64,000 nt of DNA from positions 21,700,001-21,764,000 of the forward strand of contig CM060731.1 in assembly GCA_030704615.1 (NCBI GenBank). The letters run 5' to 3'. A program made the position numbers and the translations under genes. The DNA comes from Takakia lepidozioides (taxonomy: Eukaryota > Plantae > Bryophyta). Below are positions 11,910 through 24,840 of this stretch, piece after piece; the stretch's first letter is position 1, and every line of letters starts with the position of its first letter. The notes beneath the pieces are model-generated. The model was not told the DNA's origin. It was given only the letters and a program-made list of their open reading frames with translations, and made no database searches.

Positions 11910-14900
11910 TATCGAAGGCTTTCTCGAAATCCAGCATTAGCATTGCTAATGGCTGGTTAGCTTCGAAAGCAGAGTGAAGAGCTTCATGAGCAAACAAGAT
12001 GTTATCCAATATCATATGGTCCTTTAAGAACCCTGTCTGCTCAGGTCTGATGAGCTTGTAGAGAAGCGGTTGAATCCTTAGGGCCAAGGCCTTAGCTATA
12101 ATTTTGTAGACTGCATTTAGCAAGGTTATCGGTCTATAGTTGGAGATGGAATCACGGTCCCTCTTTTTGTGTATAAGAGTAATCACCCCTTGGCTAATCC
12201 GAGAAGGCATAATGCCTTTGAGAAGAATGTCTTCAGCGAAAGCTATAAAATCATCCCCACACACTGACCAGATTGCCTAGAAAAGCTCCACTGATAATCC
12301 ATCTAACCCCGACGATTTATACGAGGCAAGCTTTGACAACGCATCTGAGAGCTTGTTTGATGTGAAAGGGGCAGACAGTCTCACCAGCTCTGATTCAGAC
12401 ACAATTGGAATGTAAGAAGAAAGCACAGAGCTTCGGGAAGCCAAATCCTGCGGAACAGGGCAGTGAAATGCGAGGCAGCCAGGGAGGACATCTGCTTTGG
12501 GTTGGAGACCGGCAGCCCCTGGGCATTATTCAGGGATGCAATGGATGTAGTATCACGGCGTTGCTTAGCTTTCAGAAAAAAGTATCTTGACATCTTCTCA
12601 CCCTTCATAGACCAATTGATGCCTGCCTTCCTTCTCATGTTCTCCTCCTTTGCATGAAGCAACTCTGCCAAGTTCCTTTTGGCTAAGTGAAAGGAGTCCC
12701 AGGTCTGGTTGTAGGCCCATCCCAACTCAATCACTTTCTGACATTGAGCAAGGCATTTGGTGAGAGCCTTTTCTTGCCTATTCCTGCCCATAGCATGCTG
12801 TTTCGAGATTTCCTGCCCCACTCTTTTAACAGCTTCCATTTTCTTCAAGAATCTGATCGTAGGGGAGGTGAAACCCAATCCAGCAGAAATCCAGGTCGAT
12901 TTTATCAGGTCCAGGTACTGGGGGATGGCCAAGATGGAGGGGTTCAGCTTAAAGAAACCATGCCCCTTGGAATGAGCACCTGGCAAGGAGAAGGAAGCAC
13001 TAATCGCTGCATGATCAAACCCTGGCAGAATGGGCCGTAAAGCTGTAGGCTTCGCCCAAAACAAGGGAGTGGGAGAGCAGTAAATTCGATCCAGGCGGGC
13101 CATGCAGAGGTCTGGGGGTTTACGGTTGTTTGACCAAGTAAAACGTAAACCATCTTCGAAAGAGGTGAAAGGCTCAGACAGACCCACCGCAAAGCAAAGA
13201 GAATCCCAGACCTCTGACTCTTCAAGAGACAACGTGTGTGAAGCTGTTCCAAACCGATCTTCTATACACTCCACCATGTTCATGTCACTAGCAAAAATCC
13301 AATGAACAACATCAAGACAATCCAAGATTTTAAGTCTCAGAAAAGACCAGAATTCAATTATTTCATCAACGGAATTGGGAGCATAAATGTTCACAAAAGC
13401 GCAACCTCGAAGGGCTGAATTGGAAGAAGCAAAAGCAACCTGAATTCTCCCTTGCATCCAAGATTCAACCCTAGTGAATAATGAAATCAAAGCTGGTGAA
13501 ATCAGAATAGCAGTTCCACCTCTAGAGTCTGCTATCGAAGGGTTCCACCAGGCAGCATTGCTAGGCCAAAAAGCATTGCCTAATGCCTGGATTTTCGCTG
13601 CATTTAGTTTGTGCTTTTGTAAAAAGATGATCTGATTAGAGTTCGTAAAGGTGGCTGCCCACTGTTGAAGATGGCGGCGTTTAGGCAAAGAGGCTCCAAG
13701 ATCCAATGCCTCTGATATTCCACGAGGTAAGGCCAAAATTCATGGAGGAAAAGCTTGCAAGCCCATGGCATAACCACGAATTGATGGCTTGGAGAAAACT
13801 GGGAGGACAGGAAGATCTTTGAGGATGGGCAAATGTGGCAATACTCTGAAGGACAAGGCTTGAGATGGATGCTCCGAGCAGTAGGTGCAGGCCAGACCCC
13901 CCCCTCCAGACAGCACATCGAAACACCTGGGGTGAACTGGAACCTCCATTGTAGCACGACTCATGACTGAGACAAACGGACAAGCGTCCCCAAGAGAGGA
14001 ACTCAGCAGAGTAACTGGATAGCAAGAAAGGAAAGAACTGAACGGAGAAGCCAAGCACCACAGCTCTAGGGCAGAATCTCCGAGAGAAAGCGTAGATCCA
14101 TAGCAAAAACCCACCATAACCAACGGTCAAGCTGAAATACAGCAGGGCAGGCTGTTTAAGACTCACCGGTGGAGGTGATGGGATCAGCAAATCAACAGGA
14201 GCCATTGCTCCCTCCCCCTTCTCTCCCTCCTTTGCATTGAAGACCACCAAACCATTGCTAGATCTAGGGACATCCTCAGCCGAGGCCAGAACCTAGACCT
14301 TCTCTGTCGCCATAAGCAGCTTCCTCCCTGCCAGTAAATGTGAGAAAGCCATGGCCATTCCGCAGCCAAGCCTCTGTCCTTGGGAAAGTCACTTTCATAC
14401 AACCAGGAGAGCTTGCCTAATCCTGCAGCCTGAGCACACACATCAGCAAGGCTCATGACTGGAAGGACCTGTAAAGAGTAAGGGAAGGTGGATGAGTTCT
14501 CCTTACATAAATAGGTCCCAAAGAAGAGGGCAGTCTCAGCCGAGAGGGAAAACAGAGGAAGACGGGAAGAAAAAATCTCATTCACCTTAGATACCATCAA
14601 GTTGAGTTCCTGGGAAGGCAGTAACCTACTGACATCCGAATCTGATAACCAGGAACTGATGAAAGTATCAAGCCCTGAAAGCAAGATTGCAGGTTTGCCA
14701 TCCGGGAAACCATAAATGATAGGGGTCACTCTGATGTTAACCAGCAAGTAACCACCAGGAGGCAAGACATCCGATAGAAACACATCAGAAGAGCGAGATC
14801 AGCAAAAGACTTTAATTGAGAGAGTCAAAAGGAAGCCAAATTGAGAGTCTCATCTTCTCCTAAACTGAAAACAGCCGGAGGAGAGGGGCGGAATGAAGAG

Positions 14901-17045
14901 GAAGCTGGGGAATTAGCAGGCAAAAGGTAGATCCGTGGACTTATGGAAGGAGAGCCCGTAATAGAGTCACAGAAGCGCTTGGCAAGGGGCTGCTCAAGCG
15001 GCGATGAGTCCATCATTTTTCTAATCAACGGGGAAGGGGGGACAATACCGCGTCGCATTGACGTCCCTTCAGTGGCTGCAACGGGATTGGGAGGAAAAAA
15101 CTCAGCAGCCTTACCTGGAAGGTCTGGGCAATATGCCTTAACATGACCCTCACGATGACACTGGTGACAAATAATGGAAAGAATTTCTTCTTGAATTACC
15201 ACCGATATAAAAGAGCCATCTAAGGATGGGAGCTTGATGGTCCTCGGGATCCGAGCCTTCTACGGCATCAAAATCACCAGCCTGGGAATCCCGCTGTCTC
15301 TATGCCCGCCAAAAGAGCTCCCATCATGATCCACACTGTGAGCCTCGGGGAAGAAGTGATCGTTCGGTAAATGGAGCCAATGAACACACCAAAATGTGCT
15401 CCGATCTCTGGCAAAGAACGCAGATAATTACCCGGGAGAAACGGAAGTGCTATGATCCGTGGTTTACATGTGGCCCCCCTTTTGTGACCCCAATCTGGGG
15501 ATCATGGAAACAAATTCACTCTGTACCTCGATTTTAGAGTATTGAACTTTAGGGCCTTCTCTGCGTGGTCTACATAAACGAACATGAAAGAGTAGAACCC
15601 ACGCCCCAGGGGAATGCAGAAGTGATGCGTGAGCCCCCCTTCAGGGCCGAGATGCTCAAAAGCCCATTGTCTTGCCCAACGCCTATCCCTTGCACGGCCA
15701 GGAAAGTGGACCATGATCCCAGTTTCTTTTAGCAACTGGGAGTGCTCTCTAACCAGTTCCATGTTGATCTTGAGAATCGGTTGATTGTCGTCAACCACCC
15801 CCGCGTTTTCACTCCACAGTTGGAAGTCATCCGAGGACGGGTTGAAAGTTGAAGGAGGGCCAAAACCCAGAACCCTAGAGCCGTTATGTGCCCTGCGATC
15901 CATCTGCACATTACGCTCTACCTTCTCATTGCGTCTGGAAGGTCCACCCTGTTTTTGCCTGTCATCCTTTCTGACCTCTCTTCTGGTATCCCTTCTGAAT
16001 TGAGGCGCCGCTGAAACAAATGAAGCCATAGCAGAAGTCGGAGGAAGCGGAAAGGCGAAAACAGGCTCAACAGTAACACCCGAAAGGAGATGCTGAAAGG
16101 AGGGGGGGCAGGGAGAAGAGAAGAGGGGGAAGTCATCCAGTAGCCTCATAGCATCAATGAGAGGGAACCAAAGGGGGACAAGGGCAGAGAAGCCAGACAT
16201 AAAAAAGATTAAAAACAGATCCTCATGAAGGTTGCGAAGGCGGGAAGAAGGAGAGGGGGGGGGGGAGCGACGTCAGAGTAAAGAGGGGACAAGTTCATCT
16301 AGTCAGATAGTCGTCACCCACGGAAGCCCAAACGAGCTCATAAAGCACGCGAGACGAATGAATGAGAGAGGTTGGAGAAGGAGAGAAAGCTGTTCATCAG
16401 GGAACTTGGGGAAAGAGTGACCAAAAGAGTTGCAAACAGGGCTCAGTCCCCGAAGAAAACAACCAAAATCTACCGGGGACAAGAGGAGGCAGAGAAGCTA
16501 AGGTCACCACAACCAAATACCAGGCTGCTTCACAGACCATGCGGAGCTCTCCGCCATCGCCCCCGACTTTGAATGTCAATCGCGTGATGTGCATCGGGCT
16601 GAAGAGCTATTTTTTTTAAATGAACAGGGGACCGAGTGGCCCTGGAATTTTATTATACGACGATTTTGTATTTCCCTGTGACACCTGATTTATGAAAAGT
16701 AACTGAGCATTTCCCAGAACTCAGAGCTAATCTCTTCGGATTATACTCTCTGTACAACCCTTTTCCCCCTCACAAGTGTGTTACATGATCTCTAGCCGCC
16801 TTGCCCCAAGACTTTGTACCTCCCGCACACTTCATCACACCTTCCGATTGATATATTTTATGGTTTTTGGCCCAAATTTTTGTACAACTATTTTAGGAGC
16901 AATTCAGTCTTACAGTTTTCTTTACAATTGAGACGGGTATATATTACATGGTGATGGACACATAGAAGCAGTTGGACCGTGTGGACCGCTTCACGCTCTG
17001 GTAGGGTATGTGGACCATTAATTTTGTGCCCCGAATGTGTGTCTC

Positions 17046-17136
17046 ATGGCTCCAGCAATTCTTGCCTGCACCCTGGAGGCTCGTTCACGCACATGGCTCC
17101 AGCAATTCTTGCCTGCACCCTGGAGGCTCGTTCACG
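17046..17136. repeat. Tandem duplication, about 46 bp x2
   Basis: catggctccagcaattcttgcctgcaccctggaggctcgttcacg occurs twice; single copy in the paralogous region at about 6411. Confidence 0.85.
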
Positions 17137-17245
17137 TGTCACTGGTCAGGTCATTTCGTCATTTCCAAGTCAGGGATAGATTTGCGACATTGCTCTTTCC
17201 AAGATTGTTGTCAACATCAGATTCTAGAATTTGCGTGGAACGCTA

Positions 17246-18050
17246 TGTCATAAATACCACTCTCATCGTCTTGTCATCCAGTAACTTCTACTAGGTTTCC
17301 CTTATTTGCTAGTGCTTGCTAGTCGCATTACTCATTAGTCAGTGCCTCCACTCTCCGCTATGAGTACTTATGGGGTGATCACCAAGTAGTGGTGTAGTAG
17401 TTTTCAAACATCCGGAATGCTTTACTAAGCATGAACACTACAACCGGAATACAAAGCCCTTAGAGGCAGCCTATTTATCTGAAGGAGTGCATTTAAAACT
17501 AGTAATAAACAATGGTGGGTGGGGAAAGCCTAGAAAACTGGATGGCCAACTGACTAACACTGAATTGAACTAAATACTACACGGGAGGCCACCTCTCGAG
17601 TGGGCCCTATGCTGAGAGAGTCGCTAATTTCTAACACCCCCTCTCAATCTTAGCATCTTCTCTAGGGTTTTTGTCAACCAAATTCTTTTCTTTGTTGCTA
17701 TCACGGACAGACTACAAACACCCAACGCCGCTCTAAATTTCTCAAATGTTTGCCTTCCTAATGCTTTAGTCAATACAGTATCAGCGATTTGATCTTGTGT
17801 GGCCACATGAATCAAATCAACTTCTTGATTTTCTATCTTCTCGCAGATATAGTGATAATATAATGCAATATGTTTTGTGCGAGCATGGAAGACCGGGTTT
17901 CGAGTCATCATTGCACTGCTCTGATTGTCACATTTGAACACAGTTGGTCCATCCTCCAGAATACCCAACTCTTCGTACAATCTTCGCAACCAAGTCGTCT
18001 CCTTGGCACCTTCAGTGAGTGCGCAGTATTCAGCTTCTGTGGACAAGCTT
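17246..18050 (-). mobile_element. Ty1/copia remnant: RNase H end, PPT and 3' LTR (17246-17636)
   Basis: STEAEY...CDNQS...HARTKHI...QIAD..TKAL (copia RNase H). On the minus strand, PPT TGAGAGGGGG is followed by an LTR running TGTTAG...TATGACA. Confidence 0.85.
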
Positions 18051-18887
18051 GAGTTAATGTTCGAGCGCAGCCAGGCTTACCTTTTCTGAGTGACTGCAGG
18101 TTAGCAGTAAATTATCTAGTACATAAAGAATTAGCAAAATAACCTTGTCATTCTCTTTGTAATAGTAGAGATTGTAATTTGCACCAAAGGGGTTAAGACC
18201 TTGAGACTTGTTTTGGGCTACAAGTACGATTAAAGCTCTTAAGGTGCTCCACTTTACGGCTGGCGCAAAAGTTTCCTAAAAATCCACACCTTGTCGTTGT
18301 TCGAACCCCCTAGCCACCAATCGAGCTTTATGGACAGGGGCAGCTGCTCCAAGCCCTTCTTTTCACTTGTATACCCATTTCGCACTGATTGGTGTTTTTC
18401 CCTTCGGTAGATCGACAAGATCCCATGTGTTGTTCTGTTTATATTGTCATCTAGTTTGTTTCTGGATTTTGAAGCAGACATACAACACTTCAAGATATAT
18501 ATATATATTTTCTGTGAGAGAATGGAGTACGGGAGTGTGTGACTCGAATTGTTCATTAGACTGCGGAGATATTTCGTTCAATCTGCCACATTAATTCTAG
18601 AGACATAATGTGTTTCCATCCCAATTTTCTCGTTTAGAAATAGGCGGATAAAAACTTGGGTAAATATAAGTATTGTTTTAAGAAGAAATATTTTCCTAGA
18701 ATCGATTTCAAAAATAAAACAGGCTTCATAAAATCCATGAAAATTCAATACAAATAAATAAATAGATAACGTATACTGCAATGTATATGCTGTGACAGGG
18801 CACTCTCAATAGTTTTGAGAAAGCTTACAGTGTGGGGCCTTGCTCTTGCTACCGGATAAGGGCCTCACAGAGGCAGACACATGATGA

Positions 18888-21800
18888 TCACAGGTACTGG
18901 GAGGCAAGCTGGCCCTCACGCACCATGTAGTACGCTTCTGGAAATTCCTGGTGCTTGAACCACCGGTCCAGCATGTCTTTTGTTCCTGCTGTGAACCGAG
19001 CCTGCAGATATACAACCCTGTCAATATCTCTGCAAGCACGCCATGGTGATTATTCACTCAAACAGAGACAGTCTGATCTACTCATGCATGACACTCACAT
19101 ATCAGGAAGGAAAAGGGGGATTGGACTGGAAGGGACATACCTGTGCATCCAGCGAGGTACCCGAGGTATGTGGGGTCATAGCATGGTGGGGCATGTAGCG
19201 CCATGGATGCTCCTTTGGTGCTGGCTGCTGATTCCATACATCGCCACCATAGCCTGCACCCCCCATGCTATTTCAGAGCTGTCTTTTGTTTGTTTCCTTC
19301 CACATTGTTATTTTTCACAAATGTGCAGCAAGTTCAGTATTTGCCTTTGCCATTGTGATTGTTCACTGTACCTCAACAACCTCCGGACTGATGTGGAATT
19401 TGGAGCAGTTGTGCATCACGGTCTCACCTTTCTTCGTGATGTATCATCTCCCCAAGCCCCTCAATACCTTTTGTCCAAGCTTCTAACTATTTAGATTTGT
19501 CATTCTCTTGCAATATACCACAATATATTCTACGAACACTGCATTCGGCTTTTGCATTGATGTGGAAGCAGAGGCTAGTACCACCCAGCTGCCCAGACTC
19601 GAGTGCCTCTACCACTGCATCAGTGTCTGCAATGGCGCCCCGTGCATTGTTCACCAGTATTGCCCCCTTCTTCATCTTGGCAATGCGCTCCTTGTTGAAA
19701 AGGCCACTGTCCCCCCAGCCAGTCACAAGTCAAGATTTGAGAGAAATAAAATAATAGTTTTAAAACATCTGCATGAAGCTTATAGATCTTATGGGACAAG
19801 GGAAAGCATGAACAAGAAAGTGATCGGGGCCCTCCACAAGCAACCCAATAACAACTATAGATCGAAGGATGGTCTAAGAGTTAACGCCTCATGCAGATAT
19901 GCTGCTAAGCATTTCTGATCCTCGTAATGGAAAACCTCCTGTGAGAGATTGGCTGTCTCGGAAAGAAACAGGGAAAGGAATCTCTTGTTCAGTACTTACA
20001 AGGTGGAAAACTAGCAACACATTCACGTAATATTTCAGGTGGATATTTACAGCATACCGAGTCGTATCTGTGAGGGGAGTATTCACCACCACGACATCGC
20101 ACTTGCTCAACAGAGTGTCGAGGTCTGTCTCCCTGGTAGCACCTAATTGCTTCTCCATCTCTTCCCCAAGTGAGTTGCGGTCATAATACAGCATTTGCTT
20201 GAGATCGAATCCCTGTTTCAACCCACATGTTCACCACTGTGTCCTATGATGCATATAAGGTCCCCATATGGCGCACCAAAGATTTATGAACTCTTTCACG
20301 GTCATGTTGTACCCTTATCTAGAAGCAATAGGTGGCCGATCTGGCTAGCACACATGTGACTCCAGACTTGGTTGTAGTTGCATAGCTTTGGGAGAAGAGA
20401 ATGTACTCATAAGACATTGTTTGCCGTAGCCTTGTGGCCATTGACCCTGTTGGGAGGAAAGAGAGAGAGTGGCACATGACGATTACCAGCACTCAGGGAT
20501 TCTTCAGTCCGAAGTCAAGTAGAATAAAATAGGTGACGAGTGATAGCACAAAGTTGAAAATTACCTTGAGACGTTTCATGAGCTCCCTCCCGATACGCCC
20601 TGCGCCTACAGTGCCCACAACTTTGTCTCCCAGGTCGTGTGATCTGTGAACTATTTCTGCCACATTCCAGCCCCCTTCCGACACTTGCTTCCATCCTGGG
20701 GCGAAATTTCGCACCAGAACCAGTATGCGCATCAGCTCATCTTCTGCCACTGATGTTACATTGCTCCCTGTCACGGTCCAGTTGACACAAATGTTCAATG
20801 TAAGAAACTGGAGACGACATTTAGGCACGGAAATGTAGGTTTTCATTCCAGTAACTGAGCTGATGAATGTTCTCTTTGTGCTCTCTCTCTCATCTAAAAA
20901 GAATGACCAGGATGTGTAACTGGCCACATACCCAAACTTGGCTGCCTCTATTTCGACAGTGTGCTGAAAATACAGCACCATGATACATATTTTCCACATC
21001 AGACTGTGTTCATGACGTACAATGTTGGTGCCCAGGTCCCTCAATCAAGCAGATTCGTTTGGGGAATTAACTAGCATCTGGCCAAGGGTATGCGTACATT
21101 CTCCATGACCAGAGGAACTAACCAATCCCCAGTAATGTCATCTGCAGTAGACGAGCCATAATGGAAAGGGGGTGGAAAGGGTATTTTGGGAGTCAAACCT
21201 GTGACCTCGGCGACTGTGAGACCAGCCTTAGCTGCTGCCCTAAGATCGATGTGATCTGAGCCTACGCCCGCTGTCACCAGAAGCTCTAGCTTCTTGCCTT
21301 TGTTGAGGCGCTCGGCGGTAATGTACGCAGGATGGAATGGCGTTGTTATTAGGATGTTGGTATCCGGCAACTCCTTATCCAACACTGCAAATGTAATCAA
21401 GCATTCCTTGGTGAGAACTTAGGAGACCTGCTCCCAGGTACGGAGACTAGACTCACCATAGAGTCTGTAGGATATATATTGCAGTGCACGCTGTAGGGAT
21501 AGAATATACTCATAAGACTTTGTTTGCCCTGTAGCTTTGTGACCATAGACCAAGCCCCCAGTTTGGACGGAATAGGCAAGTGCTGCCTTTGTGAGGGCTC
21601 AATCCAGTAGGTGAGTCCCTTGATACAAACAATTAGTTCAGGCTTTCCTCTAGAAAGCCCTTCACATTAGCATCAATCTGCTCTGTGTGAGCAGCCCAAA
21701 AGTTAGATCCCAACAGGGCCAGGACTCTAGGCGCTGTAGGGACAGAAAGAGTTGCTTCCATCGGCCCAGACGTTTCTGTACTCAGAAGAAGAGGTTAGTA

Positions 21801-22913
21801 TTAAAAGTATCTGAAGCCATTCTGCGCTCACTTAACTCTGGGTGTCCTACATTCAAGGGTGATTCGTCATGACCTCTACAGAAGAAGAATAGTATATATG
21901 TACAGTGAAATGTAAGCTCAACTAATTCTGAAATAGCTGGTTTGACCAGTGGATTTATCCGAACTAAATTTCATTCCGTTCCTGGGAGTGAATGCAAAAC
22001 TTGGTCTTACCTTATTAAGACAGTCCAGACTGTAGTGCTGCGGAGAGTATATGTTCGTACATACCAGAATCAGGGCCGTCCTTGTCTGAGGTCACAACGT
22101 AGGTATGGCCCATTGACTCCAGCCACTCTCGAAGTCCCAGTCCATTTTCAGCGCACCCAAGAAAGTCGGGGTTGCTGGCATACTCGTGGGCTTTGTAGAG
22201 CACGCCCAATATCTTTTTCCGCTCTCCCTGCCGTCACGCACAGATTCTTCTTCAGCATGCATCCGCTTCGTACGTATCAATTTACACCAGCGATTTCACC
22301 CAGCAAATAGAGAAGGCACGTGGGATGTTTCGTTTGAATATCTAGAATCTCTATTGAGACTACCTCCAAATGAATGGAACGCATTGGACGAGGACACCTC
22401 TTGTTATTCACCTCTGATCCTTCATGTAACACAATTGCCATAAATTCGAAAGGAGGTTGGAACCAAGGCTAAGGTGATCTCCCGCAATGCAGGCAACCGG
22501 ACTCGTGGCTTGCAACCCATGGGTTCTGACTACACGAGAACCTATCAATCTGCACCTTGTACATCAATTATGCTAACAGGTATGCGTACATGTATATAAT
22601 ATCCCATTCAGAAACGCCCCCTGGACTCACCACCCCCATAAACCTCGGATTTCTGTGGCGATGATCGGCTACTGTTATGAAATTCTCTAGCTCTGCACTA
22701 GCTACTTATGAAGAAGAGTGAGCGGGGAGTGAGCTGAGCCCAGCACGAACTTACCGGCGCCGAGGAGCTGTAGTGACGAGTGAGACATGCTGGAAGCGGG
22801 CGAACTGGCACTTCTGCACTCACATTACTACCATGCGGAGCGATCCGATATTGCTTTGACAGTGCCCTCAAAGCACCTGAGAACAAGAGAGAACAACTCG
22901 ACTTGGGCACCAT
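18888..22913 (-). CDS. FDH: NAD-dependent formate dehydrogenase, mitochondrial precursor; intact, 8 exons, 405 aa
   Basis: Exons 22755-22913, 22065-22227, 21199-21384, 20565-20767, 20058-20212, 19582-19706, 19141-19253, 18888-19001; all GT-AG, total 1218 nt. Motifs [55 protein letters not shown]. Confidence 0.95.
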
Positions 22914-23689
22914 GATCACTAGCAAGCGTTGTCACTCGATCGGAGTGACTATTTCGAGAATCAAATTCCTGAAAACGTGAATCGAGCTACGAATGTGCAG
23001 ACGATACACTCAAATGCACCATAGGATGGCGAGAAGGCATTGAATCCTTTGGCACCTGCAGATAATTAGCCTACTTGAAACAACATCACTTGCTGAAATA
23101 ACTGAGGCCTGAGATGCCAATCTGAGAGACAGAGGAACGAATCACACATAAAATGATAGAACCCTGAATGATGACTAGATCAACAGCGAGCAACAAGCCG
23201 AGATGAGGGCAGCTAATGCTATGTCTGCAGTGAGGGAGGTAAGAGTGGGCATGCAAACAGCCATGCAGGATGGCGCATTTATACTATCCGTCATCTGTTG
23301 ACGAGTGTCTAGAGACACGTGTGTATCTTCGATTGAAAAACCCATGTGAGCTATATTGAGAACCCAGCAGAGTATCTTCTGCCCATCTGCCCCTGACACA
23401 TCGCACAGCTAGGCATGGCCCAGTTTTCTCTGTTCTCAAGACTAACGATGTTCATTTCATTTCTGTTCTCAAGACGAGGCTTGCTCATCTTGTGCCAAAT
23501 CCTACGGTGCTTCTTCTGAGCAGCCAAGAAGACGGTGCTTCTTCAGGCCTCCCATTTTGGGTGAACCAAGGCAAATATACAACCAAAGAGCCAGCAAGCT
23601 ATCTGGAGTCTAAATGACGGTGGGCATTGCATGCCGGCCCCACATGGCTATTACGTGCCACAGGAGTGCATGCGCCCCAGTTGGCTGGC

Positions 23690-23790
23690 GAAGGTAGGCG
23701 AAGGTTTTAGAATGGAGGGAGGGGAAGGTTGGCGAAGGTTTTAGAATGCAGGGAGGGAAGGTTGGGGAAGGTTTTAGAGTGAAGGGAGGC
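23690..23790. repeat. Purine-rich minisatellite, about 33 bp x3, between the divergent FDH copies
   Basis: Unit ggcgaaggttttagaatg(g/c)agggagggaaggtt repeated. Confidence 0.75.
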
Positions 23791-24840
23791 GAGTTGTAGA
23801 GGTAAGCCGATCTCACTTGGCTAGGAGATAGCGAAAGAGGGACGACAGGAAGAGAGGGAGGGTCGGATAGATTTTGTGCGAAGCGATAGCGGCAGAGTCG
23901 GCGAGGTGTGGTAGCGGATTGGGGTTCCACCATAGTTGGCGACGATATGGCTCAGGTGCCCTGTAGATTACTACTCTCTCTCTCTCTCTCCCTCTCAGTG
24001 GTCATGAGTTTCACAGCCTGATCAAAGTTTTACTTTGTGAATGTGTCACGGGGTTGCTTCGCAAGTTTCGATGCAGAGTTCGATTGGGTGGTCTCTTCAT
24101 GATAATTAATGATCCGAGCTGCTAGAACGTATGTTGTCATAGTATATTGCGCGCCATTTGTTGGTGCCTCCCTCGAACAAAGAGTCACTCTACTTACTCA
24201 ACAGTTTCTTACGAAATCACTCTCGGGTCAGCCATCGCAAATCAGCGAGTCGGGAATGAGGGGTGGTTGGTGGGTGAGCACATGGGCGGCCCCTGCGCGG
24301 GGGAACACACAGCGAAAAAGTACTGTCTCGCTGCGCTCGATTCTAGCGAGCGCAGCGGTTCATGATTTGTTGGCCTGCTTTGTGTGGGGCCCGTGAGCTA
24401 CAATTTGTGCACGAGGAGTGATGCTCGTACTTGAGGAAATGGAAGGTGGTTGGAAAGGCGATGCGGCCTGGTGAGGAATGGCATGTGAGCTCAGGAAATA
24501 GTCGCTTTCATATATTCGAGACACTCCCCTGATTGTCCTTTGATGAGATGGGGGGACGCGATCGTATGGCCTGCTGACGTGACGAGTCAGTGGGACAGAT
24601 GGGTGCTGTGTAGAGATGGTATTGAGCCTGAGTTGGTATCAAGCCTGAGTTGTGCTTGCAAGACTTGGATTTGTTGTGGAGAGCAAGCCCACGAATTGAA
24701 CTTAGGCTGGTCGTCTAGTCTCACACTGAGGCACCTTGGAGTATCTAGAAGCTTGCACATAGATCTGCACATTCGTGTAGAGTCCGGAAGGAAGTTGACT
24801 CTCGGCTTAACTAGTTCTCAAGCGACAGATTGACAAAGCC

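Larger units (their letters stand above)
7504..16610 (-). mobile_element. L1-clade LINE retrotransposon, decayed and 3'-truncated, interrupted by a pogo element
   Basis: ORF1-like region 14825-16200 with CHQCHREGHVKAYC knuckle. APE endonuclease motifs SWNIRG, GGTAIL, NIYAPN, DMNMVE, FTWSN, ARLDRIY, FDH (12381-13740). RT motifs NYRPITLLN, EQTGF, LDFEKAFD, RQGCPLSP, YADD (7734-8505 and 11910-12300). Confidence 0.9.
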
